Assembly: GCA_018304505.1 (NCBI GenBank)
Contig: JAGVWA010000014.1
Span: forward strand, 1 to 54,204
DNA: 54,204 nucleotides
Direction: 5' to 3'
Source: Nanobdellati archaeon
GTDB lineage: Archaea; B1Sed10-29; JAGVWA01
The position numbers and the translations under genes are program-made. Positions 37,896-45,605 of the stretch are shown here, piece by piece; position 1 is the stretch's first letter, and each line of letters starts with the position of its first letter. The notes under the pieces were generated by a model, which was not told where the DNA came from, did no database searches, and worked only from the letters and a program-made list of their open reading frames with translations.

Positions 37896-38198
37896 ATGTG
37901 GAGTGTTGGTTGCGGTCAGGAAAATACGGCTTATCTTATAGACAAAGATGCAAATGGGAAACCAATAACAACATTCAGGAAACGGCTTTTTGATGATGAT
38001 ATGAAGCGCATTCCATGGTACAAGGGCGCTTGGGAACAGCGTGATGGTGGCCCTGATTTTAATGATGGGGGCAAAGAGATAAGCGAGGGATACACGCCAG
38101 TGCGGGGATTTTTAAAAAAGAGGGAACTTGAAAGTGACAGAAGGATACACAGAGACATAGCGTATCTTCAGCATGTTGAATGTGAATTTGGGTTATAA
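37896..38198 (+). CDS. MW-family orphan (MWSVGC...), probably leaderless
   Basis: BRE/TATA (AAAAGGTTTATATA) about 24 nt upstream of ATGTGG. Confidence 0.72.
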   Translation: MWSVGCGQENTAYLIDKDANGKPITTFRKRLFDDDMKRIPWYKGAWEQRDGGPDFNDGGKEISEGYTPVRGFLKKRELESDRRIHRDIAYLQHVECEFGL

Positions 38199-38221
38199 AA
38201 GATTTAGTTCTATGCCGTGAG

Positions 38222-38902
38222 TCATTTTTTATTCTTTCGCATGGTCTTATCAAGCTCGAGATGGTAAATCGTACGCAGTCGAGCGGTCTTTCTTTTAAAC
38301 ACCCTCCGCCTTTTTACCAATTGCCGGGATATACTTATTTTTTCACTGTTGGTCAAGGTAGGGTCATATTTTAAACGGTTTTGCAACGGGGCCACAAATT
38401 TTCTATGCGCGTTTTTAATCTTATTCACATATTTTTTAAGCCGTCTTACTTTCCAGACGGGCATAACGACTGGCTCTCCGCGTACATAAATATTGGCCCG
38501 TCTTGTGAGTTCTTGCCCATGCCTTAATCTCTCCAGCAAGGTGGGCTTTAGTTCAGGAAGCGTCCTTTGTAAGACGTCTTCAGGGGGTATGATAGCAGTG
38601 CGGAATTTTCTTTCTATTTTTGGTATGACTATTGGTTTTTTAGGCGGCACTTCTGTTTGTTCAATTTCTGAACCAGGGGTGACTCCTGTTTGAGTGCTGC
38701 TTTGAGCTTGAGTTCCTTGTTGCGCTTTTCTTTTAAGCGTGAAGACAAAAATCCCTAAACCCCGTGCTTCAGCATCTGTTATTAATGGATTTTGAATAGC
38801 TTCTAGCCCGGCTTGTTTCTGCTTGTCGTCCTGGGCTAGCTTAGCATCTTTTTCAGCTTTTTCGCGCGCCTTTCTTTCGTCTAGTTGTTGCCATGTGTTT
38901 TG
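38222..38902 (-). CDS. Highly basic orphan protein; 5' end disrupted or uncertain
   Basis: Frame stays open 84 codons upstream of GTG 38650 to a TGA at 38903; promoter and ATG lie at about 39073-39118. Confidence 0.5.
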   Translation of the reverse strand, partial: QNTWQQLDERKAREKAEKDAKLAQDDKQKQAGLEAIQNPLITDAEARGLGIFVFTLKRKAQQGTQAQSSTQTGVTPGSEIEQTEVPPKKPIVIPKIERKFRTAIIPPEDVLQRTLPELKPTLLERLRHGQELTRRANIYVRGEPVVMPVWKVRRLKKYVNKIKNAHRKFVAPLQNRLKYDPTLTNSEKISISRQLVKRRRVFKRKTARLRTIYHLELDKTMRKNKK

Positions 38903-39178
38903 TCATCTGTATTGTCTGAGGCACATGAGACATTGTAACTTAGCTGACCACTAGCTTTTTTTGATTTTCAACAGAACTCGTTTGGTTGTGAAATCCGCGT
39001 GTTGGAGACCAGGTGTGGGATACCTGGTCTCATTGCGTTTGAGGTTCATTTCGTAGTTTATTTTTTCAGCCATTTTCCCTTTCGGGCAATATAGTTACTC
39101 AGGTCAGGGTATATAAAGATTCCTAGTTTTTGTCAAGACCAGGGGGTAGTTACATTGCTGGCTTTTGAATCGGGAAAA

Positions 39179-39961
39179 TTAAGTGTTCATAATTTTAGAT
39201 TGTCTTAGTATTTTCTTAGGGTCCAGGGCCATTATTTCTTTCCAAGTTACATTGGGGCTTCTTTTCATGAACTCCTTTATTATTTGGTATCCAATTGAGT
39301 AGCCTGTCCACAAGGGATATTCACTGCTTCCAAAGAACACCTGCTGGAATAGCTTGTGACTTTTGGAGTTCAATTTGCTTTTTAATTTCTTTAGCTGCGC
39401 CTTGCTTTCATTTCTTGATAATGCGCTGGCCCACGGCGCGGTCTTTCCGCCAACAACGTTCTCGCGGTAGTGTTCTGCCATGCCCTCATAGATGATTGCA
39501 TCTAGAATAGAGTTGTTGGCTATTGGGTATTTTGTTATTGAATGACAATACTCATGTGCTATCGTTTCCCGTAGGCTGGTTTTCCACCCCGCTGTTCCGG
39601 TGATGAATATGTTTATTGTGTTGGTTCATGGGCAGTATCCGTTAACCCCATTCATTTTGTTTTTCACAAATTCAGAAAAGCAGGGGAACACGTTAACGTA
39701 TGTTACTGTGTGTGGTTTGCTGGTGACGTTTTCGCTTTGGCATTTTTTTATGGTATGGATAACGATTTTTTTTATTTCTGTTTGGTCTAATGGGATGGGC
39801 TTTACTTTTCCGTCCGGGTCAATCTTTTCTTCTAAATGCATCTTAAGCGCTTTTTTGGTTTTCCAGCCAGCATACCCGTTACCCGATTTTTGTACTTTTT
39901 TGAGGATCTCTTCCAGCGCGCGTTTGCCCTGTGACCGCGTGTCGATTATTTGTATTTTCAT
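39179..39961 (-). pseudogene. DUF2268-like Zn-dependent peptidase with in-frame TGA at 39626-39628
   Basis: Reads GVNGYCP*TNTINIFI...TIAHEYCH...IIYEGMAEH...PLWTGYSIGY in one frame. Confidence 0.82.
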
Positions 39962-40142
39962 TTTTGGTGCGCCCCTGAAGGTGCAGGGAGAAATTCAGAA
40001 CGCCCAAATTTGCATATGGGCGTTTGCTGCCCCGTTGCGTAGCAACGGTGCGGATCTGCTTTTCTACAGCAAATTTGCTGAGAAATCGAAAAAGCTTTGC
40101 TTTTTCGTATTTTCCCCAAGCTTTTGCCAGTGGGCAAAAGGC

Positions 40143-40422
40143 TGGTGCAGGGAGAGGGAGTTTCCCAAGGAAGCCCATCTGCCCCTAAAAACCATGGCAC
40201 TTCGCCGCAAGGCGAAGGTGGCATTTCAGGACTTGACAGAACGCTTGCGCGTTTGTCAAGCCCGAAAAAACCCTAGTGGGTTTTTTCAGGGGTCAAGGGG
40301 ATGAAATCCCTTGTTTTGAACCCTCGTAGGCACTGAGCCAATGGATGTCGCATGCGCGGCGAGCCCATTTCTGGGTTCGCCTGATCTTGAGTCCATCCCG
40401 TTTTCCGCTCCGGCATCCCTGC
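40143..40422 (-). tRNA. tRNA-Leu(CAA) with two introns: 39 nt at 37/38 (40347-40385) and 155 nt at 59/60 (40160-40314); CCA encoded
   Basis: Acceptor GCAGGGA/TCCCTGC-A-CCA; ATGGA-CTCAAG|A-TCCAT; long variable arm; GAGGG-TTCAAA|T-CCCTC; BHB-like junctions at both introns. Confidence 0.87.
40232..40290 (-). repeat. Palindromic repeat modules (copy C) inside the tRNA-Leu T-loop intron
   Basis: Minus strand TGAAAAAACCC..GGGTTTTTTC + TTGACAAACGCGCAAGCGTTCTGTCAAG matches copies A and B. Confidence 0.8.
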
Positions 40423-40530
40423 GTTACTCAGATTGTGCTTTTGTGCCTATAAATACGTTTACATCCAGTTAGGGCAAAGCGTAAGTTTAATAAGCAGTAA
40501 ATATGCAAATATTTAGTGTAGGGGATAATA

Positions 40531-40890
40531 ATGTGGTTTACAACTAATGGTTATGCAACGGGGAAAAGGTTGAGGGGTTATATGGGCACAGCACATGGCT
40601 CAAATAACCATGCGGAAATAATGACGGCTGCCGAGGCGTTCTCTAACGAGATAGGTTATGCTGAAACAGATGAAATCCTTGACGACGATGATTGGTTCAT
40701 GATTAATCAGTTCATAGACCACTATGATGCCTGTGTCAAGCCGCGTGTAGCGGAAATTATGCAGGGGGTTGTAGAAGAGCCATTTATGTGTAGATTGGAA
40801 ACAGGGCCAAGCGGATCACAAGTTTCAACTACCCCTGTGTCAACTCAAAAGCTGAGTGATCTACGTACCACCCGTTGGGGTACGGATTAG
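40531..40890 (+). CDS. MW-family orphan (MWFTTN...)
   Basis: GGGGAT RBS; 119 aa; acidic. Confidence 0.75.
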   Translation: MWFTTNGYATGKRLRGYMGTAHGSNNHAEIMTAAEAFSNEIGYAETDEILDDDDWFMINQFIDHYDACVKPRVAEIMQGVVEEPFMCRLETGPSGSQVSTTPVSTQKLSDLRTTRWGTD

Positions 40891-40923
40891 GTAAACGAGG
40901 ATTAATTGACGGTGGTGACTCAT

Positions 40924-41145
40924 GTGTGGACAGAACGAGAAAACGATGAAGACCCTGACCGCATCAGCAAACTAAGCAAACCGGCACACGAAAAGTTCTG
41001 TGCTTGCCGTGAATGTACGACAGCCTTGCTCAATAGTTGCCCGCCGGGCAACGCAAGGCCGAGAATGGTTGAAATGTTTGGGTATCAACGGCTCCCGTCA
41101 AAAGGCGGACTGCTAAGGCACCCGGTAACAGGCGAGGTCCTGTAA
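40924..41145 (+). CDS. MW-family orphan (GTG start, MWTERE...) with H..FCACREC....C cluster
   Basis: GGTGGTGA RBS 5 nt upstream of GTG-TGG. Confidence 0.68.
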   Translation: MWTERENDEDPDRISKLSKPAHEKFCACRECTTALLNSCPPGNARPRMVEMFGYQRLPSKGGLLRHPVTGEVL

Positions 41146-41196
41146 CTCCTGCAATGGGTTTTTCCTGCAGGGGGTTTTCTGTTTCGGATTTTTTGC

Positions 41197-41304
41197 TCAG
41201 GATGCTAACACAGGAATGCTTTTCGAGGCCAGCAAGGCCATGAATAAAATAAAGCCTATGCAAACCCCGACAAGGAAATGAATCATCTGTTCTGCTTTTG
41301 TCAT
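41197..41304 (-). CDS. Possible 35-aa single-TM peptide
   Basis: MTKAEQMIHFLVGVCIGFILFMALLASKSIPVLAS directly after the hydrolase; GTGAG RBS. Confidence 0.45.
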   Translation of the reverse strand: MTKAEQMIHFLVGVCIGFILFMALLASKSIPVLAS

Positions 41305-41326
41305 TCTAACTCACTTCAATTCTGCG

Positions 41327-42151
41327 TCACGTTTTTAGCCAATCAATTATTTCCTGCTTTACGCCGGGCTGTGTTGTAAGCAAGTTTGTTCCGTGCCCGC
41401 CGCTCTCGAAAATTCGGATTTTGTTGTCCTGGTTCTTCATCGCATTGTCGATGGTCTGCACAGTTGATGCAGAGTATTCGTCATCAAAGGCCGCAATGAG
41501 GAACGCCGCGCTTTTGTATTCCGGCGCCACGGGGCCGATGTTGACCCCACGGTAATCAATTCCGGGAGACAGCAGCACGATCTTTTTTGTACCCTGGCTA
41601 ATGGCACCGTAAATCAGCGCGAGGTTCGCCCCGATTGACGCACCGACCAGCGCATCAGGTTGCATGCCCTGATTTTCAAGGTACTGCACTGCGGCCTCAA
41701 TGTCCCTTACCGAGTTCTGGAAGTCCGGTGGCCCCATAATTTGCCAGCTCCTGATCTGCATTGTCGATTGGCCGTGCCCGCGCATATCGATACTGAGGGC
41801 ATTGAAGCCCTGCTGCTGCAGCTGCCGGGCAAAATCCTCGTACGCCTTCCTGTCGGAAGAGAGCATGTGCACGAGCACCACAGACCTGTTTGTGTCAGAA
41901 TTTGAATACAGGGTTCCGAAAATCGCGACCCCGTCAGTGGTTACAAAGTTCACGACCTGCTCGCCGAGTTTTCTGTTCTGCTTAGTGTAGTTAATCTCCC
42001 CTGATGCAGCGGCACCATGGTCTTGTACGTCTTGGTCTTGTACGTCCTGCGACGCCGGGGTTTGTATGCACGCGCTCAGAAAAACCATTGCAAGCAGTGC
42101 AAGCAGCGACACAACCACGGGAAAACCAACGTTAAGTTTCACGTGTCTCAC
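41327..42151 (-). CDS. Alpha/beta hydrolase, probable lipoprotein
   Basis: Lipobox-like LSAC, DMRGHGQS, GASIG nucleophile elbow, GGHG. Confidence 0.9.
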   Translation of the reverse strand: MRHVKLNVGFPVVVSLLALLAMVFLSACIQTPASQDVQDQDVQDHGAAASGEINYTKQNRKLGEQVVNFVTTDGVAIFGTLYSNSDTNRSVVLVHMLSSDRKAYEDFARQLQQQGFNALSIDMRGHGQSTMQIRSWQIMGPPDFQNSVRDIEAAVQYLENQGMQPDALVGASIGANLALIYGAISQGTKKIVLLSPGIDYRGVNIGPVAPEYKSAAFLIAAFDDEYSASTVQTIDNAMKNQDNKIRIFESGGHGTNLLTTQPGVKQEIIDWLKT

Positions 42152-42670
42152 TTATTTCACCTGGAATGAGTTAAGGATCTGGTTTGCCCCGACCTCGTGC
42201 TTGCTGAAAGTGCTTAGTGGCGCGCTGAATTCGTGAACAAATGCGGTCCGCTCTTTTTTGAACACGGTTAGAGCATAGCGAAATGCGCCGAGCGTGTATT
42301 TGATCTGGTGCCCCTCGATTTGATTTACTCGTGTGGGGTTCGCGCTTATCAGAATGAAGTCCCGTTCCTGTTTAAGCTGCGCCCTTACGTCGTCGATGTA
42401 CTCCTGCGCAGTGCCGTCGAATTTAACCAGTGTCAATGTGTAAAAGGTGCCGCTGGTGTTTTTCGGGCCCAACACAAGCTCAGTGCCTGGCTTGAATCTC
42501 TCTGTGCTCTCTTGCCAGTCCTCAGGTATACTGATTTCATATCTATCTGTTGAGAAAGTCAAACGCTGCTCCGGAAAAATCAGCGGGCTGATTTGGGTAT
42601 ACAGCAATGCAAGTACAATGATTATCCCGATCAGGGTGTAGTCCTCAAAGTCCATTCCAAGGAATGCCAT
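42152..42670 (-). CDS. Membrane-anchored PsbP/DcrB-like protein
   Basis: N-terminal TM, YEISIPEDW, C-terminal ILNSFQV. Confidence 0.7.
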   Translation of the reverse strand: MAFLGMDFEDYTLIGIIIVLALLYTQISPLIFPEQRLTFSTDRYEISIPEDWQESTERFKPGTELVLGPKNTSGTFYTLTLVKFDGTAQEYIDDVRAQLKQERDFILISANPTRVNQIEGHQIKYTLGAFRYALTVFKKERTAFVHEFSAPLSTFSKHEVGANQILNSFQVK

Positions 42671-42774
42671 GGGTAAATATCGAGTCAGCGGTATTTAAAA
42701 TGCGATGTGCAGACACCAGTACGTTTTTATACCAGACGCAATTAATAAACAACACACTAGGCGTGATGAAATAG

Positions 42775-43062
42775 ATGTGGATGACACAGGACATTTTCAG
42801 AAAAGAGGCAGACGAGATCAGGGACTGCATTAAGGGTGGCGCCATTGATGACGCCGCTAGCCGCCTTGCGAAAATAGGCGGGGAGATTTCTGAAGAATTG
42901 CGTGTTGCGCAAAACGCCATGCGGTTAAGTGACAGCCTAATTGTTGGCCCACAGATAAAATCAAGGTACGTCCTTCTGAGTGGGCAGGCCAGGGAGCTAG
43001 ATGACATCAGGGCGCAGCTTAGCTCGTTGAGTGGCAACGAATCAGGCAATAACGGGCAATGA
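42775..43062 (+). CDS. MW-family orphan (MWMTQD...), helical bundle
   Basis: TATA TTTTTATA and GGCGTGA RBS; paralogue of 43422. Confidence 0.8.
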   Translation: MWMTQDIFRKEADEIRDCIKGGAIDDAASRLAKIGGEISEELRVAQNAMRLSDSLIVGPQIKSRYVLLSGQARELDDIRAQLSSLSGNESGNNGQ

Positions 43063-43127
43063 GGAGAAGCTTTTTATTTTAGTGCGAGTAAAGTATTAAA
43101 GAAAATAGAAGTTCTAAGTGATGCGTA

Positions 43128-43385
43128 GTGTGGAGCGTAAGTTCAGACGTTGATGAAACAGTAAGGGGCGCGCGTTTGTTAATCGAGAATAGCATGCCCC
43201 ATCCTGCAAGTGTCTTGGTGGCCCATGCAGAAGGGCAACTAGAGCGTGCCATGGCAGAAACACCCCACGAGGAGGACTTCTGGGGGGCCCCAATAATAAC
43301 ACAGCGCACACTTATGCGCCAAGCTGAATTGCGGCAAAGCACTAAAGCGCTTGATGCACTAAAAGCAGAACTAGAAAGAATTTGA
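43128..43385 (+). CDS. MW-family orphan (GTG start, MWSVSS...)
   Basis: GTGA RBS; aligns with both neighbours. Confidence 0.75.
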   Translation: MWSVSSDVDETVRGARLLIENSMPHPASVLVAHAEGQLERAMAETPHEEDFWGAPIITQRTLMRQAELRQSTKALDALKAELERI

Positions 43386-43421
43386 AGCATAAAAGATACA
43401 CAAAAACGGAGGTAGGGACAC

Positions 43422-43691
43422 ATGTGGGTAGACACATACATTTTTGAGGAACAAGAAAGAGATATACGGGGGCTTATAGACGAGGGGCATGTTGATGAAG
43501 CAAATAGCATTTTCACAGGGCTGGCCGAACAAGTTGGCGAAGATCGAGTAAGGCTGGACCGCGATTTTTTGGTAACTCCTGTATCAGTGGCTGGATCTGG
43601 ACTTGGTTTGCGAGACAGCAGCGACCAGCTCCAAGGACAGGAAGCAAGGATAGCTGAGATCAGAGCGGAGCTCGCGTTGTTCGGCTTGTAA
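43422..43691 (+). CDS. MW-family orphan (MWVDTY...)
   Basis: GGAGGT RBS; paralogue of 42775. Confidence 0.8.
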   Translation: MWVDTYIFEEQERDIRGLIDEGHVDEANSIFTGLAEQVGEDRVRLDRDFLVTPVSVAGSGLGLRDSSDQLQGQEARIAEIRAELALFGL

Positions 43692-43765
43692 AATGCACAG
43701 TAATCTGCGTATGGGCTGTGCATTTTCAACCTAAATTACTTATCCTCGCAATGCGCAATAAGTGC

Positions 43766-44155
43766 ATGAGAGACAACTTTAACCAGGTTGAGGAATGGCT
43801 ACAAGCCCAAGGATACGAACTGGCAATGGACTCTGATGAGTTCCTGTACTCCCTGGCCCTGACAGACAATGACGAGAAGATTTTGTCAAAGATCGGCCTG
43901 CTCAACAAAACCAGAGAAAGGGCGCACTTCATAAAGCTCATTGTAATGGCCTCAGAACTCAAAAAGCGCGGCCATGACATGTTCCAGGACGATTACTCGA
44001 AAATCGAGTACTGTAAGGCCTTTAAGAGGGCGTCAATATACCAGCTCAAGTACCTGGCCCTGCATTCCAAATTGGGGGCGGCTCGAAAAAGCATAGCTCT
44101 GAATGCGTTACGCTTATTAAGGACAACCCGAAGAGCCGATGGAATGACGAATTAG
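43766..44155 (+). CDS. Hypothetical protein
   Basis: Open frame with genome-typical codon usage; start uncertain. Confidence 0.6.
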   Translation: MRDNFNQVEEWLQAQGYELAMDSDEFLYSLALTDNDEKILSKIGLLNKTRERAHFIKLIVMASELKKRGHDMFQDDYSKIEYCKAFKRASIYQLKYLALHSKLGAARKSIALNALRLLRTTRRADGMTN

Positions 44156-44268
44156 CCGCTGATTGCCGTGGAAAGCTTTATATCTAAATGTAGCCATTAA
44201 GAAAATGGCCAACTTTGTTGGCGCACACTTAAACAAGGCACATAAGAAAATTTTTTTCGTGAATCAAA

Positions 44269-45375
44269 ATGGACGCAGTAGCTATACTCAAGGAGCATAA
44301 AAAGGAAGTAGACGCCAGGCTGGCAAAATTTCTTGACGAAAAGATAGCACAGGCCAAGGAAGTGATGGAAGCTCAGGGGCAAGAAACAAGCCAGGATGCA
44401 ATACAGACCGGCAAGGAGCTTATTTCAATTCTCAAGGATTACAATGTCAAGGGGGGAAAGCGCATACGGCCAGCGTTTGTCGTTGAAGCCTACAAGGGCG
44501 TCGGCGGCACTGACCTTGACGCTGCTTACGATGCAAGCCTTGGCATTGAGCTCCTGCAGGCCTTTTTCATTATACACGATGACATAATGGACCAGGACAA
44601 CCTACGCAGGGGCATGCCAACAGTGCACTACAATTACAAGCAAATCGGTGAAGATCGGTTCAAACTCGAAGATGGCCAGCACTTTGGGGAGTCAATGGGC
44701 ATCCTTGGTGGCGATTTCTGTGAGTCATTCGGCAACGAAGCAATACTGGATTCGAAGTTCTCGGACAAAATAAAAATAGAAGCCTTAAGAACATATCATA
44801 GGACACTCCAAAAAACCGGTTTCGGGCAGCTCATAGACATTACTGGGGAGATAAAGCCGGACATAATTTCGCAAGCCGAATTACTGACGGTGCATCGGCT
44901 GAAGACATCGGGATACACGATAGAAGGTCCCATGCACCTCGGCATAGTGCTTGGAGATGGCACAGAGCAGCACAAGGCAGCGGCCACGAGCTATGCCCTG
45001 CCGTTAGGCCAGGCATTCCAGCTCAGGGATGACATTCTTGGCATGTTCGGCTCAGAGGAAGTAATAGGAAAACCAGCAAACAGTGACTTGAAAGAAGGCA
45101 AGAAGACGCTGTTAATAATCAAGGCCCTGGAAAACGCAAACCCAGTGCAGCGCGAAATCATCTTCGAGGCACTTGGAAATCCACACGTAACGAAACAGAA
45201 TCATGAAGAAGTAAAGCAGGTCATCAGGGAAACAGGCTCGTTGGAGTACTCTGAAAACATGGCACGAGGCCTGGCACAGCAAGGCATCAGCGCCATAAAG
45301 AACTCGAGCTTCAACCAGGACGCCAAGGACTGGTTCGTGGGCATGGCTGACTATCTGATAAACAGGGAGTTCTAG
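44269..45375 (+). CDS. idsA: Polyprenyl diphosphate synthase (GGPP synthase-like)
   Basis: GGKRIRP, HDDIMD..RRG, GQLID, KT, FQLRDD, SDLKEGKKT. Confidence 0.95.
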   Translation: MDAVAILKEHKKEVDARLAKFLDEKIAQAKEVMEAQGQETSQDAIQTGKELISILKDYNVKGGKRIRPAFVVEAYKGVGGTDLDAAYDASLGIELLQAFFIIHDDIMDQDNLRRGMPTVHYNYKQIGEDRFKLEDGQHFGESMGILGGDFCESFGNEAILDSKFSDKIKIEALRTYHRTLQKTGFGQLIDITGEIKPDIISQAELLTVHRLKTSGYTIEGPMHLGIVLGDGTEQHKAAATSYALPLGQAFQLRDDILGMFGSEEVIGKPANSDLKEGKKTLLIIKALENANPVQREIIFEALGNPHVTKQNHEEVKQVIRETGSLEYSENMARGLAQQGISAIKNSSFNQDAKDWFVGMADYLINREF

Positions 45376-45467
45376 CACCCCGGCACATGAGTATTCAGTG
45401 TCGGCCAATCATTTTGCGCATACGCCTTTTTAAATCAAGTTAACAATAATATTCCTAGTTTTAATAT

Positions 45468-45577
45468 GGTCGCCATAGCGTAGCTTGGTAGCGTTAGAGA
45501 CTGTGGATCTCTAGGGCCGGGTTCAAATCTGCAATGAGTTTCAATGAACTCCTGCGGTGAAAGTCCCGGTGGCGGCC
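45468..45577 (+). tRNA. tRNA-His(GTG) with encoded G-1 and 36-nt T-loop intron (45528-45563, position 59/60)
   Basis: G-GTCGCCA/TGGCGGC-C; AGAGA-CTGTGGA-TCTCT; strict BHB TTCA/TGAA with AAT and AGT bulges. Confidence 0.92.
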
Positions 45578-45605
45578 CTATCTTTGTTTTTTTCTCGCTA
45601 GTTTA

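Noticed and set aside
39626-39628. Genome-wide TGA recoding
   Set aside because: TGA terminates clear genes at their expected ends (smc, rpl1, rio1, DUF192 neighbours use standard stops); only one internal TGA sits in a recognisable gene.
39600-40304. ORFs 39600-40304(+), 39879-40178(-) and 39958-40224(-)
   Set aside because: They overlap the tRNA-Leu gene and the peptidase pseudogene and have no protein-like motifs.
40320-40425. Structured GC-rich segment first considered as SRP or another ncRNA
   Set aside because: It resolves as the 5' part of tRNA-Leu(CAA) plus its anticodon intron.
42018-42048. 15-nt tandem duplication
   Set aside because: In-frame QDVQD duplication in a lipoprotein linker; no wider significance seen.
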